Shown here piece after piece: positions 36,876 to 45,979 of a DNA stretch of 54,354 nucleotides; position 1 is the first letter of the stretch; each line of letters opens with the position of its first letter. The notes under the pieces were generated by a model. The model had not been told where the DNA came from and made no database searches. It saw nothing but the letters and a program-made list of their open reading frames with translations. Origin of the DNA: an uncultured Candidatus Sumerlaeota bacterium (GTDB lineage: Bacteria > Sumerlaeota > Sumerlaeia > SLMS01 > JAHLLQ01). The translations under genes and the position numbers were made by a program. The DNA is taken from the NCBI GenBank assembly GCA_964625145.1, contig CAZVAQ010000004.1, positions 1 to 54,354 on the forward strand, in the 5' to 3' direction.

Positions 36876-37811
36876 TCATGCCGTCTGGCGGGAGCGGATC
36901 AGCGAGATGAAATACTGCTCCAGCGACTGGGTCTTGCTGGCTGTTGAGTGGATTGTGGCGCCCGCAGCGGTCAGGTCCGCCAATACGCGGCTGTAATCCT
37001 GCGCGCCGGTGATGGTGATGAGCTTGCCGCGCGGTGTGTCAGTTGGGGGATAGGGCTTTGCCGACTCGGGGAGCTTGTCACCCTGCAGGGAGAATTCGAT
37101 CTCGAATTGGTTGAGGGGCTTCATCAGGTCGGCGACGGTCGCGGAAGTGACCACCTGCCCCTTGTGGATCATGATGACGCGGTCGCAGAGTTCCTCGACC
37201 TCAACGAGTTCGTGGGAGCTGAAGAAGATGGTCGTGCCTTCGCGACGCAACTTCAGCAAGACTTCGCGCAGGTCAAAGCGTCCCACGGGATCCAGACCGG
37301 AGGACAACTCGTCGAAGATCAACAATTCGGGCTTGGCGATGATGGCTTGGGCGATGCCCAGACGTTGCTGCATCCCCTTGGAAAAGTTCTTGAGGAGGAT
37401 CTCGCCCTTTCCGCCAAGACCGACTTCCTCCAGTATCTCCGGGATTCGCTGCTTGAGCTCCGAGCGGGACAGGCCCTGCAGTCCGCCATAGAGGTTGAGT
37501 AGCTCGCGGGCCTTCATGAACGGATAGTAGAGGGCGACTTCGGGAAGGTAACCCAAGCGGCGCCGGGCCTCGACGTTGCCGGCCTCGTGACCGAAGACGC
37601 GCACGGTGCCCGACGTCGGGAACATGAAACCGAGCATGCACTTCATGGTGGTCGACTTGCCGGCGCCATTTGGGCCGATGAAGCCGACGCATTCGCCGCG
37701 TGTGACTTCGAACGAAATGCCATTCACCGCCCGGACCCGGCGGTTGCCGGATCCATATTCGGCGACCAGATTCTCGACTTCGATCAATTTCTCCATAGTC
37801 TGACTAGACAT
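36876..37811 (-). CDS. ABC transporter ATP-binding protein (ABC-2/DrrA-like single NBD)
   Basis: Track ORF 36876..37928. Preferred start ATG 37811, preceded by GAGGAG (MSSQTMEKLIEVENL...). Walker A GPNGAGKSTT, signature SKGMQQRLGIAQA, Walker B LLIFDELSSGLDP. Confidence 0.85.
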   Translation of the reverse strand: MSSQTMEKLIEVENLVAEYGSGNRRVRAVNGISFEVTRGECVGFIGPNGAGKSTTMKCMLGFMFPTSGTVRVFGHEAGNVEARRRLGYLPEVALYYPFMKARELLNLYGGLQGLSRSELKQRIPEILEEVGLGGKGEILLKNFSKGMQQRLGIAQAIIAKPELLIFDELSSGLDPVGRFDLREVLLKLRREGTTIFFSSHELVEVEELCDRVIMIHKGQVVTSATVADLMKPLNQFEIEFSLQGDKLPESAKPYPPTDTPRGKLITITGAQDYSRVLADLTAAGATIHSTASKTQSLEQYFISLIRSRQTA

Positions 37812-38006
37812 GGTACTCCTCATCGGGGCACTTGGGTGGTTGTGTCCTGTCCTTGATGCCGATTCGCGGGCAAGTGCGGCAAGGCGAAGTCGCTCCTCGG
37901 AATCGCCGAAATTCGGATGGACGAACAACAGATCTGGGGCGGGCCGCGGTCAAGCAGGTGACGATGGCGCGAAATTGGCTCCATTATCTTATCGTGGAGG
38001 AGCGTC

Positions 38007-38852
38007 GTGAACCTTTCGAGCATTCGCCTGGGGGTCGTCCCCTACCTCAACGTGCTCCCCTTGGTGGAAGGGTTGGGCGAGGCGATCCCGGAGGAGAACT
38101 GGATCCGGGCGACGCCGCGCGAGCTGGCCGGGTTGATGGCGGCGCGCGAGCTTGATATCAGTATACTTCCGATCTTCGAAGCGATCCGGACTCCCGGCTA
38201 CCGCATTTTGCCCGGTTGCGCCATTGCTTGTGACGGCCCGATTCGGAGCGTCAAGCTGTTTAGCTTGAAGCCCATTGACGAAATTGGCACAGTCATACTG
38301 GATCGCAGTTCCCTCTCGTCCGTCCATCTGGCTCAGATCCTTCTCCCCCGCCGGATTTCCGGCGCCGTCAAGTATGTCCTGTCGGACCACCCGATCACGA
38401 CGGCCGACCGGATCGAGAGCCTTGATGTCGATGCCGCGGTCGTCATTGGCGACACCGCCCTGGAGTGGGACGGGACCTTTGCCCATGAGATGGACTTGGG
38501 GGAGGAGTGGAAGGCGCAGACGGGTTTGCCATTTGTCTTCGCGGGATGGGTCGCGCGCCCGGATTTGCCGCTTTCGCGGCCGGTGCTGGAGACCTTCATT
38601 GAGGCCCGCAGCCGTGGTGAGCGCGATGTCTACGAAATCGCCAAGCGCACGGCCGGTGATGATTCGTCGCGGTTGATGAACCTGGTGGATTATCTGTCGC
38701 GCGCGGTTCGCTACCGGCTGGGCCCACGGGAGCGCGAGGGTATCGAGCGCTACGCGCAGGAGTTGAAGGCGCTGAAGCTCATCGGCAATCGGCCCTCGCT
38801 GGAATTTGTGGAGCTGGAGAGCTGCCCCTCTCCGGCCAATCCGCGCCTTTAA
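38007..38852 (+). CDS. mqnA: chorismate dehydratase MqnA (futalosine menaquinone pathway) family protein
   Basis: 281-aa ORF with a GTG start. N-terminal IRLGVVPYLNVLPLVEGL and a periplasmic-binding-protein-like fold pattern typical of the MqnA/MqnD family. Confidence 0.65.
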   Translation: MNLSSIRLGVVPYLNVLPLVEGLGEAIPEENWIRATPRELAGLMAARELDISILPIFEAIRTPGYRILPGCAIACDGPIRSVKLFSLKPIDEIGTVILDRSSLSSVHLAQILLPRRISGAVKYVLSDHPITTADRIESLDVDAAVVIGDTALEWDGTFAHEMDLGEEWKAQTGLPFVFAGWVARPDLPLSRPVLETFIEARSRGERDVYEIAKRTAGDDSSRLMNLVDYLSRAVRYRLGPREREGIERYAQELKALKLIGNRPSLEFVELESCPSPANPRL

Positions 38853-39593
38853 CTAGAACGCGCTCTCCTCCTGCCAGCGCATCCATCGTTCGTACATGTC
38901 CGGCCGTCGCTCTTGGGTGACGCGAATGGAGACTTCGCGGCGCCACGCAGCGATGGCTGCGTGATTGCCGGACAACAGGACTTCCGGCACGCGCAGGCCT
39001 TCGAACTCCTCCGGGCGCGTGTAATGGGGCGCTTCGAGCAATCCGCCCGTGTGCGAATCGTTCTCGGCGCCGGTGTCGCACCCGAGCACCCCGGGTAGCA
39101 GGCGCACGATGCTGTCCACCACGGCCAAGGCAGCAGGCTCTCCCCCGGTGAGAATGAAATCGCCCAGCGAGATTTCCTCGTCGACGCGCGTGTCGATCAC
39201 CCGTTGATCGAGGCCTTCGTAATGGCCGCAGAGCAGGACGAATGACTCGCGCGATTCGGACATCTGCCACGCGGTCCCTTGGTTCCAGACGCGTCCGTGC
39301 GGAGAGGTGTACACGACCTTTGTGCGGTTGGGAGAACCGGGAGGGCCCGCAATTGCATCGAGGGCGGCGGCAACGGGCTCGGGCTTGAGAACCATACCAC
39401 CTCCGCCGCCATAGGGCGCGTCGTCCACGGTGCTGTGTTTCCCCACCCCCCAATCGCGCAGGTCGCGGACGGTGAGTTTGATGAGACCTTTTTCCTGGGC
39501 GCGGCCGAGGATGGACTCCCTGAAGGGGCCATCAAACCAGGATGGAAACAAGGTCAGAACAGTGATCTCGAAGGGCTTGCCGTCGGGGGCCAT
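38853..39593 (-). CDS. trmD: tRNA (guanine37-N1)-methyltransferase
   Basis: FEITVLTLFPSWFDGPF...GRAQEKGLIKLTVRDLRDW...TVDDAPYGGGGGMVLKPEPV...LLCGHYEGLDQRV. Confidence 0.9.
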   Translation of the reverse strand: MAPDGKPFEITVLTLFPSWFDGPFRESILGRAQEKGLIKLTVRDLRDWGVGKHSTVDDAPYGGGGGMVLKPEPVAAALDAIAGPPGSPNRTKVVYTSPHGRVWNQGTAWQMSESRESFVLLCGHYEGLDQRVIDTRVDEEISLGDFILTGGEPAALAVVDSIVRLLPGVLGCDTGAENDSHTGGLLEAPHYTRPEEFEGLRVPEVLLSGNHAAIAAWRREVSIRVTQERRPDMYERWMRWQEESAF

Positions 39594-39751
39594 GACAGTG
39601 TGTCCTTGGGGCGTTTGGGGGAACGGTCAACTCAATCGCCTCCCCGATCTGCATCGGTACCTTTAGGGCAAGCCTGGCCCGCGGGCCAAGATGAAGATGG
39701 CCTGAATGGCATCAAATCACAATCGCCGCCGCATTTTCCCGGAGAATCGAC

Positions 39752-40543
39752 ATGCTTGCGAAGCGCATTATTCCCTGCCTTGACGTGAAGGACGGCAGGG
39801 TTGTCAAGGGAGTGAACTTTGTGGATCTGCGCGACGCGGGCGATCCGGTTCAGGTGGCCATGGCGTATGACGCGGCGAAGGCGGATGAGTTGGTCTTCCT
39901 GGACATCACCGCCAGCCACGAGCGCCGCGGCATCATGGAAGACGTCGTGCGCCGCACGGCCGCGCATTGCTTCATGCCGGTGACTGTCGGTGGCGGTTTG
40001 CGGACGCATGACGATATTCGACGCATGCTGAACGCCGGAGCGGACAAGGTTTCGCTGAATACGCCGGCCGTGCAGAATCCCGACTTTGTCGCGGAAGCCG
40101 CCCATCGCTTTGGCAGTCAGTGTATCGTCGTCGCCATCGACGCGCGCCGCAGGACGCCGGGGGCGACGGACCTGCGCCAGCCTGATCCGGCAGGTTGGGA
40201 AGTCTTCATCCACGGCGGCCGCACGGCTACGGGTTTGGATGCGATCGAGTGGGCGCGAAGGGTGGAGCAACTTGGTTGCGGAGAGATTCTGCTGACGTCG
40301 ATGGACGCTGACGGAACCAAGGCTGGGTATGATCTGGCCCTGACGCGCGCCATCAGCGAAGCCGTCGGCATTCCTGTCATCGCGTCCGGAGGAGCTGGGA
40401 ATCTGGAGCATCTGGCAGACGCGCTGGAGTTTGGCAAAGCTGATGCGGTGCTGGCGGCGAGCATTTTTCACTTTGGCGAGTTCACCATCGATCAAGCGCG
40501 GGATTATCTGCGTGGGCGTGGCATTGCCGTGAGGGAAGGGTGA
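39752..40543 (+). CDS. hisF: imidazole glycerol phosphate synthase cyclase subunit
   Basis: [33 protein letters not shown]...LDITAS...GGGLR...ADKVSLNT...ASGGAG. Confidence 0.9.
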   Translation: MLAKRIIPCLDVKDGRVVKGVNFVDLRDAGDPVQVAMAYDAAKADELVFLDITASHERRGIMEDVVRRTAAHCFMPVTVGGGLRTHDDIRRMLNAGADKVSLNTPAVQNPDFVAEAAHRFGSQCIVVAIDARRRTPGATDLRQPDPAGWEVFIHGGRTATGLDAIEWARRVEQLGCGEILLTSMDADGTKAGYDLALTRAISEAVGIPVIASGGAGNLEHLADALEFGKADAVLAASIFHFGEFTIDQARDYLRGRGIAVREG

Positions 40544-40545
40544 CC

Positions 40546-40765
40546 CTTCCTCCGTGTCATCCGTGGTTAGTCTGCCTATCAATCGCGCGACGGGTTACTT
40601 GGAGTGAGGAATTAACCACGGAGGCACGGAGGGCACGGAGAAGCAGAAGGCTCAAGAAGGTATAAGGAGTTATTCAGAAATGGGTCTTGTATTTTCGATT
40701 ATTGTTTAGGAATGTGAAAGGGCGGATCCTCCTCCGTGCTCTCTGTGTCTCCGTGGTTAATCTGC
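40546..40765. repeat. REP/MITE-like element: three copies of a CTCCGTG(N)CTCCGTGGTTAAT-type repeat (two direct, one inverted) around an AT-rich core
   Basis: Copy A, 40546-40575: ccttcctccgtgtcatccgtggttagtctgc. Copy B, 40611-40646 (inverted): attaaccacggaggcacggagggcacggagaagcag. Copy C, 40726-40765: atcctcctccgtgctctctgtgtctccgtggttaatctgc. The 40647-40725 spacer is conspicuously AT-rich for this genome. Confidence 0.75.
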
Positions 40766-40809
40766 TTTTCATGAAGGATGGAAGGGGGCAGCATCTTCCG
40801 CCTTCGCCT

Positions 40810-41670
40810 TCAACTTTCGTCTTTCATTCCCTTCCGTGCGGCAGGAACAAGACGAACGTATTCGTCCAGTCCGTTGCCTTCGGGCTGTTCCACCATCATC
40901 TTCATCACGCGGCCGAGGGGGTAGAAGGGGAGTTCGGGCTGGATGAGGGCGGTGTCGGCGAGATCGGCGGTCTGGCGCGCCTGGTCGAAGGACCACTTGC
41001 CGCCGTAGAGGCCACGCATGACTTCGCCGAGGAGAAAGCCGAGGCGATGAAGATCGGCGAGGGGGACAGTCCTAACGAGGAACTGACCGCGCAGCCAGCG
41101 TTCGGCGTGGCGCAGGCCGACGAGCGTCATGGGAATGTCAACACCGAGGTCACGGGCGATGAAGGTGCATGCTTGCTTCGCGCATGAAGCGGCGAAGGCG
41201 GATTCATCCATGCCGGATTGGGGGATAACCAGCGGTGGGGATTCGGGGCGTCTTGCTTGGGCGTTCAAGTGGCTCGGAAGGTTTGCCACAAGATTGGCCA
41301 ATTTGAGTCCTTCGCCGAGTTGCCATTTCTTGCGGATTGCTTGCAGGGGACCGATTACTGCATGGGGCAAGGTGCGAGGCTGGAGAATGGACAAGCCGAA
41401 GAGGGGATCGTCGCCCCACTGACCTCCGACAGTGGAGCGGACATGCCCGCCCAGCAAGGCGGCGAGGTCAGAGAGCAGGTCGGCGGACGCAGCGGCTTGG
41501 GGATCCTTGGAGCGGCGTTCGATGAAGGCATCGATGGCGCGCGGCGGATCTGTCGGATCGAGGCCTGTGCCGCGCAGGAGCTTTTCGGCGCGCTGGCTGG
41601 CCGAGGCCAGTTCCTCATCGAGGCTGGGGGGGGCGGCGGGCGCGGCTTTTTGGAGCAGTTTCTTTAGCAT
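40810..41670 (-). CDS. hypothetical protein (286 aa)
   Basis: Only the C-terminal part of the 595-aa track ORF is credible. ATG 41670 (MLKKLLQKAAPAAPPSLDEELASA...) is preceded by GGGGGAGAG. The upstream part of the track ORF is antisense to gltX. No family recognised. Confidence 0.5.
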   Translation of the reverse strand: MLKKLLQKAAPAAPPSLDEELASASQRAEKLLRGTGLDPTDPPRAIDAFIERRSKDPQAAASADLLSDLAALLGGHVRSTVGGQWGDDPLFGLSILQPRTLPHAVIGPLQAIRKKWQLGEGLKLANLVANLPSHLNAQARRPESPPLVIPQSGMDESAFAASCAKQACTFIARDLGVDIPMTLVGLRHAERWLRGQFLVRTVPLADLHRLGFLLGEVMRGLYGGKWSFDQARQTADLADTALIQPELPFYPLGRVMKMMVEQPEGNGLDEYVRLVPAARKGMKDES

Positions 41671-41883
41671 GGCTCTCTCCCCCGCCAAGCGATGCATTCC
41701 GGATGAGCGGGCGCCAGTCGTTTTGATTGGAATGGCCGAGGGCTCCTGGGAGGATGGACGGCGGGGACAAGAGAGGCAGCGGGGATGGGCCTTGCCCCGA
41801 AGGGCGGAACAGACGACGAGGCCATGCCGGGCGCGGGATCGATCCGTTGCCGGCCCGGCTTCATTCCCCACCGAGGTGTTTCC

Positions 41884-43365
41884 GTGACTGTTCGAGTGCG
41901 CTTTGCCCCTTCTCCCACCGGTTTTCTGCATGTGGGAGGTGCCAGGACCGCCCTGTTCAATTGGCTGTGGGCGCGCCATAATGGCGGCAAGTTCATCCTG
42001 CGCATCGAGGATACCGACGCGGACCGCAATTCCGACGCTTCGGTGGATCAGATCCTGGAGTCGATGCAGTGGCTCGGTCTGGATTGGGACGAAGGCCCCG
42101 TCTTCCAGAGCCAGCGTGGTGAGCACTATCGCAATGCGCTGGAGACACTGATCGCGAAGGGCTTCGCCTACCGGGCCTTCGAGACGCCGGAGGAGCTGGA
42201 TGCCGAGCGCGAGAAGGCGCGGGCAGAGAATCGCGACTGGGTCTACGACGGGCCTTCGCGGCACATGAGCGAGGAAGAGGCGAAGGCGCGCGCGGCGCAG
42301 GGGGTTCCGTTCATGTGGCGATTCCGCACGCCGCCAGGCAAGACGGCGGTTCCGGAGACGCTGCGTGGTGGTGCTTCGGACTGCACGTTTGAGAACGACC
42401 GGATTGGGGACTTCCCGCTGACGCGTTCGGGGACCGAGGACAACTGGGGCGCGCCGCTGTACAACTTCTGCTGCGCCGTGGATGATGGCGACATGGCCAT
42501 CACGCATGTCATCCGCGCGCAGGAGCATCTGACCAACACGCCGCGGCAGATGATGATCCTGCATGCGTTGGGCTATGAGATCCCGCAGTACACGCATTTG
42601 CCGCTGGTGATGAAGAACAACAAGAAGATGAGCAAGCGCGATGGCGATGCGGATCCGCGCTTTCCGGTGTCGGTGTCCGCGCGGCGGGCGTTGGGTTATT
42701 TGCCGGAAGCCACGGTGAACTTCATCGCGCTGTTGGGATGGGCGCTGGATGGCGAGAAGGAGATATTCAGCCGCGAGGAGTTGGTGAAGGCCTTCACGCT
42801 TGAAGGGCTATCCAAGGCCAACGCCAACTTCGACGAGGACAAATACCTGCACGTGAACGGGTTGTACCTGCGCTCGTTGCCAGAGGACGAGGTGGTGAAG
42901 CGCGTGTTGCCGTTTCTGGCGGAGGCCGGTCTGCCGATTGAAGGCCGGGATCCGAAGTGGCTGCACGACATTATCCGGCTGGAGATCGAGCGCTGCCGGT
43001 TGCTCTCGGATTTCGCGCCTGCGCTGGAGTATTACTTCAAGGCCCCGGAGGCCTACGAGGCAAAGGGCGTGAAGAAGGTCTTTGGCGCGGAGGGCGTCGC
43101 GGAGATTCTGCGGGCGGCGGCGGAGTGGTTGGCGCAGAGCAAGGGGGCGGGCCACGACCAGTTGGAGGAGGGGATGCGGGCCCTATCGGAGAAGCTGGGC
43201 GTTGGCTTTGGCAAGGTGGCCCAGCCGACGCGGTTGGCGCTGACGGGCCGGACGGCCAGCCCGGGTTTGTTCGATGTCATCCTTGGAATCGGGGCTGAGG
43301 AGTCGGCCCGCCGTCTGGTTGTGGCGGCGGAACGAATCGAGACTGGGTCGATCCGGGAGGCCTGA
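41884..43365 (+). CDS. gltX: glutamate--tRNA ligase
   Basis: HIGH-region PSPTGFLHVGGARTALFNW and KMSKR are present. The conserved core begins VRVRFAPSPTG, so in-frame GTG 41884 is preferred. ATG 41824 and track start 41785 remain possible. Confidence 0.85.
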   Translation: MTVRVRFAPSPTGFLHVGGARTALFNWLWARHNGGKFILRIEDTDADRNSDASVDQILESMQWLGLDWDEGPVFQSQRGEHYRNALETLIAKGFAYRAFETPEELDAEREKARAENRDWVYDGPSRHMSEEEAKARAAQGVPFMWRFRTPPGKTAVPETLRGGASDCTFENDRIGDFPLTRSGTEDNWGAPLYNFCCAVDDGDMAITHVIRAQEHLTNTPRQMMILHALGYEIPQYTHLPLVMKNNKKMSKRDGDADPRFPVSVSARRALGYLPEATVNFIALLGWALDGEKEIFSREELVKAFTLEGLSKANANFDEDKYLHVNGLYLRSLPEDEVVKRVLPFLAEAGLPIEGRDPKWLHDIIRLEIERCRLLSDFAPALEYYFKAPEAYEAKGVKKVFGAEGVAEILRAAAEWLAQSKGAGHDQLEEGMRALSEKLGVGFGKVAQPTRLALTGRTASPGLFDVILGIGAEESARRLVVAAERIETGSIREA

Positions 43366-43409
43366 AGGCCGATTTGGCTAGGCGGCGTGTCAGGAATCAA
43401 CGGGCAACT

Positions 43410-43471
43410 CGTGGAAAACCAACGACCGGCACGTTTGCGGGAGCCTGTGGAGAACTGACCAGTTTTCCACA
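43410..43471. promoter_or_regulatory. cluster of three DnaA-box-like 9-mers (putative oriC / dnaA autoregulatory region)
   Basis: cgtggaaaa at 43410-43418 (= TTTTCCACG), tgtggagaa at 43446-43454 (= TTCTCCACA), ttttccaca at 43463-43471. Each has 1-2 mismatches to TTATCCACA. An AT-rich stretch (gcatcattgattttattgaatttaggttcagtcatgcat) follows at about 43613-43650. Confidence 0.45.
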
Positions 43472-43770
43472 AGTAGGGGAAGGGATGAAAAAAATCGTTC
43501 AATAACCTCGGCGCGAGATGGACCGGATGTGCCTAGAAGCCTGTCAGGGCACGACTTTGAGAGTTTTTTTGGGGCTCTGGCGAGGCTTCCAGATTCCCCT
43601 TGCCCCAGATTTGCATCATTGATTTTATTGAATTTAGGTTCAGTCATGCATCCTTTTGACACTGGAAGAAAACCCTTGAACGCCGTGGCGCCACTGGGCT
43701 ACTCCACGCGTCATGCACAGGGGGCCCACCGGCCCGTGTACCAAGACGACTTCCGATCGGATTTTTGCCG

Positions 43771-45243
43771 ATGCAAGCCTTGAAGCAGGAGTTCTGGGAC
43801 CGCGTCCTCGATGCCCTGCGCGAACGCGTCAGCGCAGATGAATTCCGCGCATGGATAGCGCCCATCCAGCTCGAAGATCTGGATGAGGAATCCGGGAGTG
43901 TGATCCTCTCGGTGTCCAGCGAGTTCTACCAACGTTGGATCTCGCGCAAGTACATGACGCAGATTGAGGAATGCCTGGCCGATGTGCAGGCCAATGAGTG
44001 GCACCCGCAGGTCATCGTACGCGGTGAACTGGACGGAGTGGATGAGGAGGAAGTTTTCGACACGCCCGCGCCCGTGGTGAATCAACCGCGGCAATGGCAA
44101 ATGCCCACGGAGGGCGCGGATTCCGCGCCTCCGGAGGCGATTCCGTTCACACGCCGCACGCGCATTGCGACGCCGCCGCGCGCCAACAGCTCGCCGGTGG
44201 AAGAACTGCGGCCGCGCCTGAATCCTCGCTACACGTTCGATGATTTTGTGGTGGGCGAAAGCAACCGCTACGCGCACGCCGCGGCGCACTCGGTGGCGGA
44301 CCCGGCATCGAGTGCCTTCAATCCGCTCTTCCTCTATGGCCCGTCGGGCTTGGGCAAGACCCACCTGATGCAGGCCATCGGGCACGAGTACCTCAAGCGC
44401 AAGCCGAACTCGCTGGTGCTGTACGTGACCTCCGAGCAGTTCGTGAACAGCTTCATCGAAAGCATCCAGAACAAGCGCTCCTTTGACTTCCGGAACCAGT
44501 ATCGCAACGTCGATCTGCTCCTGCTGGATGATGTGCAGTTCCTGATGGGGAAGGAGAGGACCCAGCACGAAGTTTTCCACACCTTTAATGCGCTTTTTGA
44601 TGCAGGCAAGAAGATCGTGCTGACCAGCGACCGGCCACCGAAGGACCTGGCCACACTGGAAGACCGCCTGCGGTCGCGGTTTGAGTGGGGCGTCATCGCC
44701 GACATCCAGCCCCCGGACCTGGAAACGCGCATCGCCATCCTGCACAAGAAGGCCCGGCAGGAGGGATTGGTCCTGCCCACAGAGGTGCTGTCCTACATCG
44801 CCGAGTGGGTGAAGACCAACATCCGCGAGCTGGAAGGGGCCCTGAAGCGGATCAAGGTCTACGCGAGCCTGCACAACCGGCCGATCACGCTGGAGGTGAC
44901 CCGCGAGGTCCTCAGCCACCTGATCGTCGGTCAGCCCCAGAGCCGCATCACCATCGAGGACATCCAGCGGGCCGTGTGCGAGTACTTTGAGATCAGCGCG
45001 GCGAACCTGCTGGGGTCGAATCGCTCGAAGAAGTTCAGCCAACCGCGCCATCTGGCGTTGTACCTGTGCCGCGAGTTGACCGATTTGAGCTTTCCGGACA
45101 TCGCCCAGAAGTTTGGCGGCAAGGACCATACCTCGGTGATCTACGCCTGCCGCAAGATCAAGAAGGCCGTCTCCGACGACCCGAACATGGCGAGCATCGT
45201 GCAGTACCTGTCCAAGCAGATCCAGACGGGCCAGGCTGCCTGA
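43771..45243 (+). CDS. dnaA: chromosomal replication initiator protein DnaA
   Basis: AAA+ Walker A GPSGLGKTHL, Walker B LLLDDVQF, SDRPPKDL, sensor IRELEGAL, and domain IV ...RHLALYLCRELT...GGKDHTSVIYACRKI. ATG 43771 preferred over track TTG 43765. Confidence 0.9.
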   Translation: MQALKQEFWDRVLDALRERVSADEFRAWIAPIQLEDLDEESGSVILSVSSEFYQRWISRKYMTQIEECLADVQANEWHPQVIVRGELDGVDEEEVFDTPAPVVNQPRQWQMPTEGADSAPPEAIPFTRRTRIATPPRANSSPVEELRPRLNPRYTFDDFVVGESNRYAHAAAHSVADPASSAFNPLFLYGPSGLGKTHLMQAIGHEYLKRKPNSLVLYVTSEQFVNSFIESIQNKRSFDFRNQYRNVDLLLLDDVQFLMGKERTQHEVFHTFNALFDAGKKIVLTSDRPPKDLATLEDRLRSRFEWGVIADIQPPDLETRIAILHKKARQEGLVLPTEVLSYIAEWVKTNIRELEGALKRIKVYASLHNRPITLEVTREVLSHLIVGQPQSRITIEDIQRAVCEYFEISAANLLGSNRSKKFSQPRHLALYLCRELTDLSFPDIAQKFGGKDHTSVIYACRKIKKAVSDDPNMASIVQYLSKQIQTGQAA

Positions 45244-45270
45244 AGCAGCTTTGCCCGCGCCTTGAGCTTC

Positions 45271-45314
45271 GACCGCCCGCTAACCAATCGGTTCAGCGGG
45301 CGGTCCTCCGTTTT
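45271..45314 (+). terminator. rho-independent terminator after dnaA
   Basis: GACCGCCCGCT (45271-45281) pairs with AGCGGGCGGTC (45295-45305), followed by CTCCGTTTT. Confidence 0.55.
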
Positions 45315-45351
45315 GGGCTCTGTGCCCAAATCCACGACGGAGGCAAATGCC

Positions 45352-45789
45352 ATGAGGATTCAGGCAAGGACTCGGAGGGGCCGACGCGCATTCACGTTTC
45401 TGGAGATCATGTTTGTGGTGGTGATCATTGGGATTCTGATGGGGGTGGCGGTGTCGCGCTACGTGGGCAAGACGACTGACAGCCGCATCAAGTCGACCCA
45501 AATGCAGATGGAGCAGGTGCACTCGTCGCTGGCGATGTTCGAGATGCACGTCGGCCGGTTCCCGGACACGCGGGAGGGACTGCAGGCGCTGCTGGTGAAG
45601 CCATCGAACGTGCCCGATCAGGTATGGGAGGGCCCGTACCTGACTCTGCGGGGAGAGGCGGAGCAGGTGAAGGATGTCTGGGGCAATCCGCTGGCGTATC
45701 GCGCGCCGGGAGAGAAGAATCGCGATTATGACCTGTGGAGCTGGGGACCCGACGGGCGCGACGGGACCGAGGACGACATCACAGGCTGA
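45352..45789 (+). CDS. gspG: type II secretion major pseudopilin GspG-like, paralog 1
   Basis: Track ORF 45262..45789; preferred start ATG 45352, after GGAGGC. RRA|FTFLEIMFVVVIIGILMGVAV (Glu at +5), ...MFEMHVGRFPDTREGLQALLVKP...WEGPYL...DVWGNPLAYRAPGEKNRDYDLWSWGPDGRDGTEDDI. Confidence 0.8.
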   Translation: MRIQARTRRGRRAFTFLEIMFVVVIIGILMGVAVSRYVGKTTDSRIKSTQMQMEQVHSSLAMFEMHVGRFPDTREGLQALLVKPSNVPDQVWEGPYLTLRGEAEQVKDVWGNPLAYRAPGEKNRDYDLWSWGPDGRDGTEDDITG

Positions 45790-45979
45790 TCGGCGCCACG
45801 GGCGGGTGGTTTGTGCTTGCCGGTCGCCGTGGTTCCGGAGGAATCTGGGGCGTTGGCCACAAACCCCGCAGGGAGTTGTGCGGTCGGGTTTGTCGGCAGG
45901 GGGATTTTATCCCCCGATAGTAAGTTTCCCTCCGGGCGGCGCGAACTGCCGCGATCCGGAACCTCAAGAGGATGGCATC

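Noticed and set aside
41671-42597. N-terminal 309 codons of the 595-aa minus-strand ORF
   Set aside because: This part is antisense to gltX (HIGH and KMSKR motifs on the + strand) and has Arg/Pro/Leu-rich shadow composition.
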